64,000 bases of DNA from Eledone cirrhosa (Eukaryota): NCBI GenBank assembly GCA_964016885.1, contig OZ024744.1, positions 13,020,001 through 13,084,000 of the forward strand, read 5' to 3'. Shown piece after piece: positions 12,701 to 25,650 of the stretch; positions within the stretch are counted from its first letter, which is position 1, and every line of letters starts with the position of its first letter. The notes below the pieces were generated by a model that worked only from the letters and a program-made list of their open reading frames with translations, did not search any database and had not been told where the DNA came from. Position numbers and translations under genes: made by a program.

Positions 12701-15700
12701 AGATCAGAGAGTCACTCCAGTTAAAGCCACTCTCTAAATTGAGAGATCACAACTCCAATACTATGGACATGTGGTTAGAATGTCTCAGTAGATCAGAGAG
12801 TCACTCCAGTTAAAGCTACTCTCTAAATTGAGAGATCACAACTCCCATACTATGGCCATGTGTTTAGAATGTCTCAGATGATCAGAGTGTCACTCCAGTT
12901 AAAACCACTCTCTAAATTGAAAGATCACACCTCCAATACTATGGACATGGGGTTTGAATGTCTCAGTAGATCAGAGAGTAACTCCAGTTAAAGCCACTCT
13001 CTAAATTGAAAGATCACAACTCCAATACTATGGACATGGTGTTTGAATCTCTCAGTAGATCAGAGTGTCACTCCAGTTAAAGCTACTCTCTAAATTGAGA
13101 TATCACAACTCCAATACTATGAACATGGGGTTTGAATGTCTCAGTAGATCAGATAGTCACTTCAGTTAAAGCTACTCTATAAATTGAGAGATCACAACTC
13201 CAATACTATGGACATGGGGTATGAATGTCTCAGTAGATCGGAGTGTCACTCCAGTTAAAGCTACTCTCTAAATTGAGAGATCACAAGTCCAATACTATGG
13301 ACATGGGGTTTGAATGTCTCAGTAGACCAGAGTGTCACTCCAGTTAAAGCTACTCTCTAAAATGAGAGATCACAACTCCCATACTATGGACATCTGGTTA
13401 GAATGTCTCAGTAGATCAGAGAGTCACTCCAGTTGAAGCTACTCTCTAAATTGAGAGATCAGAACTCCCATACTATGGACATGGGGTTTGAATGTCTCAG
13501 TAGGTCAGAGAGTCACTCCAGTTAAAGCTACTCTCTAAATTGAGAGATCACAACTCCAATACTATGGACATGGTATATGAATGTCTCAGTAGATCGGAGT
13601 GTCACTCCAGTTAAAGTTACTCTCTAAATTGAGAGATCACAACTCCAATACTATGGACATGGGGTTTGAATGTCTCAGTAGATCAGAGAGTCACTCCAGT
13701 TAAAGCTACTCTCTAAATTGAGAGATCACAACTCCCATACTATGGACATGGGGTTTGAATGTCTCAGTAGATCAGAGTCACTCCAGTTAAAGCTACTCTC
13801 TAAATTGAGAGATCACAACTCCAATACTATGGACATGGGGTTTGAATGTCTCAGTAGATCAGAGTGTCACTCCAGTTAAAGCTACTCTCTAAATTGAAAG
13901 ATCACAACTCCAATACTATGGACATGTGGTTAGAATTTCTCAGTAGATTAGAGTGTCACTCCAGTTAAAGCTACTCTCTAAATTGAGAGATCACAACTCC
14001 CATACTATGGACATGTGGGTAGAATGTCTCAGTAGATCAGAGAGTCACTCCAATTAAAGCCACTCTCTAAATTGAGAGATCACAACTCCAATACTATGGA
14101 CAAGTGGTTAGAATGTCTCAGTAGATCAGAGAGTCACTCCAGTTGAAGCTACTCTCTAAATTGAGAGATCACAACTTCTATACTATGGACATGGGGTTTG
14201 AATGTCTCAGTAGATCAGAGTGTCACTCCAGTTAAAGCTACTCTCTAAATTGAGAGATCACAACTCCCATACTATGGACATGGGGTTTGAATGTCTCAGT
14301 AGGTCAGAGAGTCACCCCAGTTAAAGCTACTCTCTAAATTGAGAGATCACAACTTCTATACTATGGACATGTGGTTTGAATGTCTCAGTAGATCAGAGTG
14401 TCACTCCAGTTAAAGCTACTCTCTAAATTCAGAGATCACAATTCCAATACTATGGACATGGGGTTTGAATGTCTCAGTAGACCAGAGAGTCACTCCAGTT
14501 AAAGCTACTCTCTAAACTGAGAGATCACAACTCCAATACTATGGACATGGGGTATGAATGTCTCAGTAGATCGGAGTGTCACTCCAGTTAAAGCTACTCT
14601 CTAAATTGAGAGATCACAACTCCAATACTATGGACATGGGGTTTGAATGTCTCAGTAGATCAGAGAGTCACTCCAGTTAAAGCTACTCTCTAAATTGAGA
14701 GATCACAACTCCCATACTATGGACATGTGTTTAGAATGTCTCAGATGATCAGAGTGTCACTCCAGTTAAAACCACTCTCTGAATTGAGAGATCACAACTC
14801 CAATACTATGGTCATGGGATTAGAATGTCTCTGTAGATCAGAGAGTCACACCAGTTAAAGCCACTCTCTAAATTGAGAGATCACAACTCCAATACTATGG
14901 ACATGTGGTTAGAATGTCTCAGTAGATCAGAGAGTCACTCCAGTTAAAGCCACTCTCTAAATAGAGAGATCACAACTCCAATACTATGGACATGTGGTTA
15001 GAATGTCTCAGTAGATCAGAGTGTCACTCCAGTTAAAGCCACTCTCTAAATTGAGAGATCACAACTTCCATACTATGGACATGTGGTTAGAATGTTTCAG
15101 TAGATCAGAGAGTCACTCCGGTTAAAGCCACTCTCTAAATTGAGAGATCACAACTCCAATACTATGGACATGTGGTTAGAATTTCTCAGTAGATTGGAGT
15201 GTCACTCCAGTTAAAGCTACTCTCTAAATTGAGAGATCACAACTCCCATACTATGGACATGTGGGTAGAATGTCTCAGTAGATCAGAGAGTCACTCCAGT
15301 TAAAGCCACTCTCTAAATTGAGAGATCACAACTCCAATACTATGGACATGTCGTTAGAATGTCTCAGTAGATCAGAGAGTCACTCCAGTTAAAGCTACTC
15401 TCTAAATTGAGAGATCACAACTCCCATACTATGGCCATGTGTTTAGAATGTCTCAGATGATCAGAGTGTCACTCCAGTTAAAACCACTCTCTAAATTGAA
15501 AGATCACACCTCCAATACTATGGACATGGGGTTTGAATGTCTCAGTAGATCAGAGAGTAACTCCAGTTAAAGCCACTCTCTAAATTGAAAGATCACAACT
15601 CCAATACTATGGACATGGTGTTTGAATCTCTCAGTAGATCAGAGTGTCACTCCAGTTAAAGCTACTCTCTAAATTGAGATATCACAACTCCAATACTATG

Positions 15701-18700
15701 AACATGGGGTTTGAATGTCTCAGTAGATCAGATAGTCACTCCAGTTAAAGCTACTCTATAAATTGAGAGATCACAACTCCAATACTATGGACATGGGGTA
15801 TGAATGTCTCAGTAGATCGGAGTGTCACTCCAGTTAAAGCTACTCTCTAAATTGAGAGATCACAACTCCAATACTATGGACATGGTGTTTGAATGTCTCA
15901 GTAGACCAGAGTGTCACTCCAGTTAAAGCTACTCTCTAAAATGAGAGATCACAACTCCCATACTATGGACATCTGGTTAGAATGTCTCAGTAGATCAGAG
16001 AGTCACTCCAGTTGAAGCTACTCTCTAAATTGAGAGATCAGAACTCCCATACTATGGACATGGGGTTTGAATGTCTCAGTAGGTCAGAGCGTCACTCCAG
16101 TTAAAGCTACTCTCTAAATTGAGAGATCACAACTCCAATACTATGGACATGGTATATGAATGTCTCAGTAGATCGGAGTGTCACTCCTGTTAAAGCTACT
16201 CTCTAAATTGAGAGATCACAACTCCAATACTATGGACATGGGGTTTGAATGTCTCAGTAGATCAGAGAGTCACTCCAGTTAAAGCTACTCTCTAAATTGA
16301 GAGATCACAACTCCCATACAATGGACATGGGGTTTGAATGTCTCAGTAGATCAGAGAGTCACCCCAGTTAAAGCTACTCTCTAAATTGAGAGATCACAAC
16401 TCCAATACTATGGACATGGGGTTTGAATGTCTCAGTAGATCAGAGTGTCACTCCAGTTAAAGCTACTCTCTAAATTGAAAGATCACAACTCCAATACTAT
16501 GGACATGTGGTTAGAATTTCTCAGTAGATTAGAGTGTCACTCCAGTTAAAGCTACTCTCTAAATTGAGAGATCACAACTACCATACTATGGACATGTGGG
16601 TAGAATGTCTCAGTAGATCAGAGAGTCACTCCAATTAAAGCCACTCTCTAAATTGAGAGATCACAACTCCAATACTATGGACAAGTGGTTAGAATGTCGC
16701 AGTAGATCAGAGAGTCACTCCAGTTGAAGCTACTCTCTAAATTTAGAGATCACAACTTCTATACTATGGACATGGGGTTTGAATGTCTCAGTAGATCAGA
16801 GTGTCACTCCAGTTAAAGCTACTCTCTAAATTGAGAGATCACAACACCCATACTATGGACATGGGCTTTGAATGTCTCAGTAGATCAGAGAGTCACCCCA
16901 GTTAAAGCTACTCTCTAAATTGAGAGATCACAACTCCCATACTATGGACATGTGGTTAGAATGTCTCAGTAGATCAGCGAGTCACTCCAGTTAAAGCTAC
17001 TCTCTAAATTGAGAGATCACAACTCCCATACTATGGACATGTGTTTAGAATGTCTCAGATGATCAGAGTGTCACTCCAGTTAAAACCACTCTCTGAATTG
17101 AGAGATCACAACTCCAATACTATGGTCATGTGGTTAGAATGTCTCAGTAGATCAGAGAGTCACTCCAGTTAAAGCCACTCTCTAAATTGAGAGATCACAA
17201 CTCCAATACTATGGACATGTGGTTAGAATGTCTCAGTAGATCAGAGTGTCACTCCAGTTGAAGCCACTCTCTAAATTGAGAGATCACAACTCCAATACTA
17301 TGGACATGGGGTTTGAATGTCTCAGTAGATCAGAGAGTCACTCCAGTTAAAGCCACTCTTTAAATTGAAAGATAACAACTCCAATACTATGGACATGGTG
17401 TTTGAATCTCTCAGTAGATCAGAGTGTCACTCCAGTTAAAGCTACTCTCTAAATTAAGATATCACAACTCCAATACTATGAACATGGGGTTTGAATGTCT
17501 CAGTAGATCAGAGAGTCACTCCAGTTAAAGCTACTCTATAAATTGAGAGATCACAACTCCAATACTATGGACATGGGGTATGAATGTCTCAGTAGATCGG
17601 AGTGTCACTCCAGTTAAAGCTACTCTCTAAATTGAGAGATCACAACTCCAATACTATGGACATGGGGTTTGAATGTCTCAGTAGATCAGAGAGTCACTCC
17701 AGTTAAAGCTACTCTCTAAATTGAGAGATCACAACTCCCATACTATGGACATGTGTTTAGAATGTCTCAGATGATCAGAGTGTCACTCCAGTTAAAACCA
17801 CTCTCTGAATTGAGAGATCACAACTCCAATACTATGGTCATGGGGTTAGAATGTCTCAGTAGATCAGAGAGTCACTCCAGTTAAAGCCACTCTCTAAATT
17901 GAGAGATCACAACTCCAATACTATGGACATGTGGTTAGAATGTCTCAGTAGATCAGAGAGTCACTCCAGTTAAAGCCACTCTCTAAATAGAGAGATCACA
18001 ACTCCAATACTATGGACATGTGGTTAGAATGTCTCAGTAGATCAGAGTGTCAATCCAGTTAAAGCCACTCTCTAAATTGAGAGATCACAACTTCCATACT
18101 ATGGACATGTGGTTAGAATGTTTCAGTAGATCAGAGAGTCACTCCGGTTAAAGCCACTCTCTAAATTGAGAGATCACAACTCCAATACTATGGACATGTG
18201 GTTAGAATTTCTCAGTAGATTGGAGTGTCACTCCAGTTAAAGCTACTCTCTAAATTGAGAGATCACAACTCCCATACTATGGACATGTGGGTAGAATGTC
18301 TCAGTAGATCAGAGAGTCACTCCAGTTAAAGCCACTCTCTAAATTGAGAGATCACAACTCCAATACTATGGACATGTGGTTAGAATGTCTCAGTAGATCA
18401 GAGAGTCACTCCAGTTAAAGCTACTCTCTAAATTGAGAGATCACAACTCCCATACTATGGCCATGTGTTTAGAATGTCTCAGATGATCAGAGTGTCACTC
18501 CAGTTAAAACCACTCTCTAAATTGAAAGATCACACCTCCAATACTATGGACATGGGGTTTGAATGTCTCAGTAGATCAGAGAGTAACTCCAGTTAAAGCC
18601 ACTCTCTAAATTGAAAGATCACAACTCCAATACTATGGACATGGTGTTTGAATCTCTCAGTAGATCAGAGTGTCACTCCAGTTAAAGCTACTCTCTAAAT

Positions 18701-21450
18701 TGAGATATCACAACTCCAATACTATGAACATGGGGTTTGAATGTCTCAGTAGATCAGATAGTCACTTCAGTTAAAGCTACTCTATAAATTGAGAGATCAC
18801 AACTCCAATACTATGGACATGGGGTATGAATGTCTCAGTAGATCGGAGTGTCACTCCAGTTAAAGCTACTCTCTAAATTGAGAGATCACAAGTCCAATAC
18901 TATGGACATGGGGTTTGAATGTCTCAGTAGACCAGAGTGTCACTCCAGTTAAAGCTACTCTCTAAAATGAGAGATCACAACTCCCATACTATGGACATCT
19001 GGTTAGAATGTCTCAGTAGATCAGAGAGTCACTCCAGTTGAAGCTACTCTCTAAATTGAGAGATCAGAACTCCCATACTATGGACATGGGGTTTGAATGT
19101 CTCAGTAGGTCAGAGAGTCACTCCAGTTAAAGCTACTCTCTAAATTGAGAGATCACAACTCCAATACTATGGACATGGTATATGAATGTCTCAGTAGATC
19201 GGAGTGTCACTCCAGTTAAAGTTACTCTCTAAATTGAGAGATCACAACTCCAATACTATGGACATGGGGTTTGAATGTCTCAGTAGATCAGAGAGTCACT
19301 CCAGTTAAAGCTACTCTCTAAATTGAGAGATCACAACTCCCATACTATGGACATGGGGTTTGAATGTCTCAGTAGATCAGAGTCACTCCAGTTAAAGCTA
19401 CTCTCTAAATTGAGAGATCACAACTCCAATACTATGGACATGGGGTTTGAATGTCTCAGTAGATCAGAGTGTCACTCCAGTTAAAGCTACTCTCTAAATT
19501 GAAAGATCACAACTCCAATACTATGGACATGTGGTTAGAATTTCTCAGTAGATTAGAGTGTCACTCCAGTTAAAGCTACTCTCTAAATTGAGAGATCACA
19601 ACTCCCATACTATGGACATGTGGGTAGAATGTCTCAGTAGATCAGAGAGTCACTCCAATTAAAGCCACTCTCTAAATTGAGAGATCACAACTCCAATACT
19701 ATGGACAAGTGGTTAGAATGTCTCAGTAGATCAGAGAGTCACTCCAGTTGAAGCTACTCTCTAAATTGAGAGATCACAACTTCTATACTATGGACATGGG
19801 GTTTGAATGTCTCAGTAGATCAGAGTGTCACTCCAGTTAAAGCTACTCTCTAAATTGAGAGATCACAACTCCCATACTATGGACATGGGGTTTGAATGTC
19901 TCAGTAGGTCAGAGAGTCACCCCAGTTAAAGCTACTCTCTAAATTGAGAGATCACAACTTCTATACTATGGACATGTGGTTTGAATGTCTCAGTAGATCA
20001 GAGTGTCACTCCAGTTAAAGCTACTCTCTAAATTCAGAGATCACAATTCCAATACTATGGACATGGGGTTTGAATGTCTCAGTAGACCAGAGAGTCACTC
20101 CAGTTAAAGCTACTATCTAAACTGAGAGATCACAACTCCAATACTATGGACATGGGGTATGAATGTCTCAGTAGATCGGAGTGTCACTCCAGTTAAAGCT
20201 ACTCTCTAAATTGAGAGATCACAACTCCAATACTATGGACATGGGGTTTGAATGTCTCAGTAGATCAGAGAGTCACTCCAGTTAAAGCTACTCTCTAAAT
20301 TGAGAGATCACAACTCCCATACTATGGACATGTGTTTAGAATGTCTCAGATGATCAGAGTGTCACTCCAGTTAAAACCACTCTCTGAATTGAGAGATCAC
20401 AACTCCAATACTATGGTCATGGGATTAGAATGTCTCTGTAGATCAGAGAGTCACTCCAGTTAAAGCCACTCTCTAAATTGAGAGATCACAACTCCAATAC
20501 TATGGACATGTGGTTAGAATGTCTCAGTAGATCAGAGAGTCACTCCAGTTAAAGCCACTCTCTAAATAGAGAGATCACAACTCCAATACTATGGACATGT
20601 GGTTAGAATGTCTCAGTAGATCAGAGTGTCACTCCAGTTAAAGCCACTCTCTAAATTGAGAGATCACAACTTCCATACTATGGACATGTGGTTAGAATGT
20701 TTCAGTAGATCAGAGAGTCACTCCGGTTAAAGCCACTCTCTAAATTGAGAGATCACAACTCCAATACTATGGACATGTGGTTAGAATTTCTCAGTAGATT
20801 GGAGTGTCACTCCAGTTAAAGCTACTCTCTAAATTGAGAGATCACAACTCCCATACTATGGACATGTGGGTAGAATGTCTCAGTAGATCAGAGAGTCACT
20901 CCAGTTAAAGCCACTCTCTAAATTGAGAGATCACAACTCCAATACTATGGACATGTCGTTAGAATGTCTCAGTAGATCAGAGAGTCACTCCAGTTAAAGC
21001 TACTCTCTAAATTGAGAGATCACAACTCCCATACTATGGCCATGTGTTTAGAATGTCTCAGATGATCAGAGTGTCACTCCAGTTAAAACCACTCTCTAAA
21101 TTGAAAGATCACACCTCCAATACTATGGACATGGGGTTTGAATGTCTCAGTAGATCAGAGAGTAACTCCAGTTAAAGCCACTCTCTAAATTGAAAGATCA
21201 CAACTCCAATACTATGGACATGGTGTTTGAATCTCTCAGTAGATCAGAGTGTCACTCCAGTTAAAGCTACTCTCTAAATTGAGATATCACAACTCCAATA
21301 CTATGAACATGGGGTTTGAATGTCTCAGTAGATCAGATAGTCACTCCAGTTAAAGCTACTCTATAAATTGAGAGATCACAACTCCAATACTATGGACATG
21401 GGGTATGAATGTCTCAGTAGATCGGAGTGTCACTCCAGTTAAAGCTACTC
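10400..21450 (+). repeat. Tandem duplication of a ~5.2-5.6-kb (59-63 monomer) block
   Basis: GGGCTTT 11614/16863 and CGCAG 11449/16698 (5249 = 59x89-2); TCACAAGTCC 13281/18886, 2-bp deletion ATCAGAGTCA 13771/19376, GGGATTAG 14816/20421, TCGTT 15351/20956 (5605 = 63x89-2). Confidence 0.9.
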
Positions 21451-23139
21451 TCTAAATTGAGAGATCACAAGTCCAATACTATGGACATGGGGTTTGAATG
21501 TCTCAGTAGACCAGAGTGTCACTCCAGTTAAAGCTACTCTCTAAAATGAGAGATCACAACTCCCATACTATGGACATCTGGTTAGAATGTCTCAGTAGAT
21601 CAGAGAGTCACTCCAGTTGAAGCTACTCTCTAAATTGAGAGATCAGAACTCCCATACTATGGACATGGGGTTTGAATGTCTCAGTAGGTCAGAGAGTCAC
21701 TCCAGTTAAAGCTACTCTCTAAATTGAGAGATCACAACTCCAATACTATGGACATGGTATATGAATGTCTCAGTAGATCGGAGTGTCACTCCAGTTAAAG
21801 CTACTCTCTAAATTGAGAGATCACAACTCCAATACTATGGACATGGGGTTTGAATGTCTCAGTAGATCAGAGAGTCACTCCAGTTAAAGCTACTCTCTAA
21901 ATTGAGAGATCACAACTCCAATACTATGGACATGGGGTTTGAATGTCTCAGTAGATCAGAGTGTCACTCCAGTTAAAGCTACTCTCTAAATTGAAAGATC
22001 ACAACTCCAATACTATGGACATGTGGTTAGAATTTCTCAGTAGATCAGAGTGTCACTCCAGTTAAAGCTACTCTCTAAATTGAGAGATCACAACTCCCAT
22101 ACTATGGACATGTGGGTAGAATGTCTCAGTAGATCAGAGAGTCACTCCAATTAAAGCCACTCTCTAAATTGAGAGATCACAACTCCAATACTATGGACAA
22201 GTGGTTAGAATGTCTCAGTAGATCAGAGAGTCACTCCAGTTGAAGCTACTCTCTAAATTGAGAGATCACAACTTCTATACTATGGACATGGGGTTTGAAT
22301 GTCTCAGTAGATCAGAGTGTCACTCCAGTTAAAGCTACTCTCTAAATTGAGAGATCACAACTCCCATACTATGGACATGGGGTTTGAATGTCTCAGTAGG
22401 TCAGAGAGTCACCCCAGTTAAAGCTACTCTCTAAATTGAGAGATCACAACTTCTATACTATGGACATGTGGTTTGAATGTCTCAGTAGATCAGAGTGTCA
22501 CTCCAGTTAAAGCTAATCTCTAAATTCAGAGATCACAATTCCAATACTATGGACATGGGGTTTGAATGTCTCAGTAGACCAGAGAGTCACTCCAGTTAAA
22601 GCTACTCTCTAAACTGAGAGATCACAACTCCAATACTATGGACATGGGGTTTGAAAGTCTCAGTAGATCAGAGTGTCACTCCAGTTAAAGCTACTCTCTA
22701 AATTGAGAGATTACAACTCCAATACTATGGACATGGGGTTTTAATGTCTCAGTAGATCAGAGAGTCACTCCAGTTAAAGCTACTCTCTAAATTGAGAGAT
22801 CACAACTCCAATACTATGGACATGGGGTTAGAATGTCTCAGTAGATTAGAGTGTCAATCCAGTTAAATCTACTCGCTAAATTGAGAGATCACAACTCCCA
22901 TACTATGGACATGTGGGTAGAATGTGTCAGTAGATCAGAGATTCACTCCAGTTAAAGCCACTATCTAAATTGAGAGATCACAACTCCAATACTATGGACA
23001 TGTGGTTAGAATGTCTCAGTAGATCAGAGAGTCACTCCAGTTGAAGCTACTCTCTAAATTGAGAGATCAGAACTCCCATACTATAGACATGGGGTTTGAA
23101 TGTCTCAGTAGATCAGAGAGTCACTCCAGTTAAAGCTAC

Positions 23140-25650
23140 TCTCTAAATTGAGAGATCACAACTCCCATACTATGGACATGTGGTTAGAATGTCTCAGTAG
23201 ATCAGCGAGTCACTCCAGTTAAAGCTACTCTCTAAATTGAGAGATCACAACTCCCATACTATGGACATGTGTTTAGAATGTCTCAGATGATCAGAGTGTA
23301 ACTCCAGTTAAAACCACTCTCTGAATTGAGAGATCACAACTCCAATACTATGGTCATGTGGTTAGAATGTCTCAGTAGATCAGAGAGTCACTCCAGTTAA
23401 AGCCACTCCCTAAATTGAGAGATCACAACTCCAATACTATGGACATGTGGTTAGAATGTCTCAGTAGATCAGAGAGTCACTCCAGTTAAAGCCACTCTCT
23501 AAATAGAGAGATCACAACTCCAATACTATGGACATGTGGTTAGAATGTCTCAGTAGATCAGAGTGTCACTCCAGTTAAAGCCACTCTCTAAATTGAGAGA
23601 TCACAACTTCCATACTATGGACATGTGGTTAGAATGTTTCAGTAGATCAGAGAGTCACTCCGGTTAAAGCCACTCTCTAAATTGAGAGATCACAACTCCA
23701 ATACTAGGGACGTGTGGTTAGAATTTCTCACTAGATTGCAGTGTCACTCCAGTTAAAGCTACTCTCTAAATTGAGAGATCACAACTCCCATACTATGGAC
23801 ATGTGGGTAGAATGTCTCAGTAGATCAGAGAGTCACTCCCGTTAAAGCCACTCTCTAAATTGAGAGATCACAACTCCAATACTATGGACATGTGGTTAGA
23901 ATGTCACAGTAGATCAGAGAGTCACTCCAGTTAAAGCTACTCTCTAAATTGAGAGATCACAACTCCAATACTATGAACATGGGGTTTGAATGTCTCAGTA
24001 GATCAGAGAGTCACTCTAGTTAAAGCTACTCTATAAATTGAGAGATCACAACTCCAATACTATGGACATGGGGTATGAATGTCTCAGTAGATCGGAGTGT
24101 GACTCCAGTTAAAGCTACTCTCTAAATTGAGAGATCACAACTCCAATACTATGGACATGGGGTTTGAATGTCTCAGTAGACCAGAGTGTCACTCCAGTTA
24201 AAGCTACTCTCTAAAATGAGAGATCACAACTCCCATACTATGGACATCTGGTTAGAATGTCTCAGTAGATCAGAGAGTCACTCCAGTTGAAGCTACTCTC
24301 TAAATTGAGAGATCACAACTCCCATACTATGGACATGTGGTTAGAATGTCTCAGTAGATCAGCGAGACACTCCAGTTAAAGCTACTCTCTAAATTGAGAG
24401 ATCACAACTCCCATACTATGGACATGTGTTTAGAATGTCTCAGATGATCAGAGTGTCACTCCAGTTAAAACCACTCTCTGAATTGAGAGATCACAACTCC
24501 AATACTATGGTCATGTGGTTAGAATGTCTCAGTAGATCAGAGAGTCACTCCAGTTAAAGCCACTCCCTAAATTGAGAGATCACAACTCCAATACTATGGA
24601 CATGTGGTTAGAATGTCTCAGTAGATCAGAGTGTCACTCCAGTTAAAGCCACTCTCTAAATTGAGAGATCACAACTTCCATACTATGGACATGTGGTTAG
24701 AATGTTTCAGTAGATCAGAGAGTCACTCCGGTTAAAGCCACTCTCTAAATTGAGAGATCACAACTCCAATACTATGGACGTGTGGTTAGAAGTTCTCACT
24801 AGATTGAAGTGTCACTCCAGTTAAAGCTACTCTCTAAATTGACAGATCACAACTCCCATACTATGGACATGTGGGTAGAATGTCTCAGTAGATCAGAGAG
24901 TCACTCCAGTTAAAGCCACTCTCTAAATTGAGAGATCACAACTCCAATACTATGGACATGTGGTTAGAATGTCACAGTAGATCAGAGAGTCACTCCAGTT
25001 AAAGCTACTCTCTAAATTGAGAGATCACAACTCCCATACTATGGCCATGTGTTTAGAATGTCTCAGATGATCAGAGTGTCACTCCAGTTAAAACCACTCT
25101 CTAAATTGAAAGATCACAACTCCAATACTATGGACATGGGGTTTGAATGTCTCAGTAGATCAGAGAGTAACTCCAGTTAAAGCCACTCTCTAAATTGAAA
25201 GATCACAACTCCAATACTATGGACATTGTGTTTGAATCTCTCAGTAGATCAGAGTGTCACTCCAGTTAAAGCTACTCTCTAAATTGAGATATCACAACTC
25301 CAATACTATGAACATGGGGTTTGAATGTCTCAGTAGATCAGAGAGTCACTCTAGTTAAAGCTACTCTATAAATTGAGAGATCACAACTCCAATACTATGG
25401 ACATGGGGTATGAATGTCTCAGTAGATCGGAGTGTGACTCCAGTTAAAGCTACTCTCTAAATTGAGAGATCACAACTCCAATACTATGGACATGGGGTTT
25501 GAATGTCTCAGTAGACCAGAGTGTCACTCCAGTTAAAGCTACTCTCTAAAATGAGAGATCACAACTCCCATACTATGGACATCTGGTTAGAATGTCTCAG
25601 TAGATCAGAGAGTCACTCCAGTTGAAGCTACTCTCTAAATTGAGAGATCA
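23140..25650 (+). repeat. Tandem duplication of a ~12-15 monomer block
   Basis: CCACTCCC 23403/24560 (13x89), ATGTCACAG 23901/24969 (12x89), GACTCC in GTGTGACTCC 24101/25436 (15x89); CTCACTAGATTG and GGACGTG are also shared. Confidence 0.82.
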
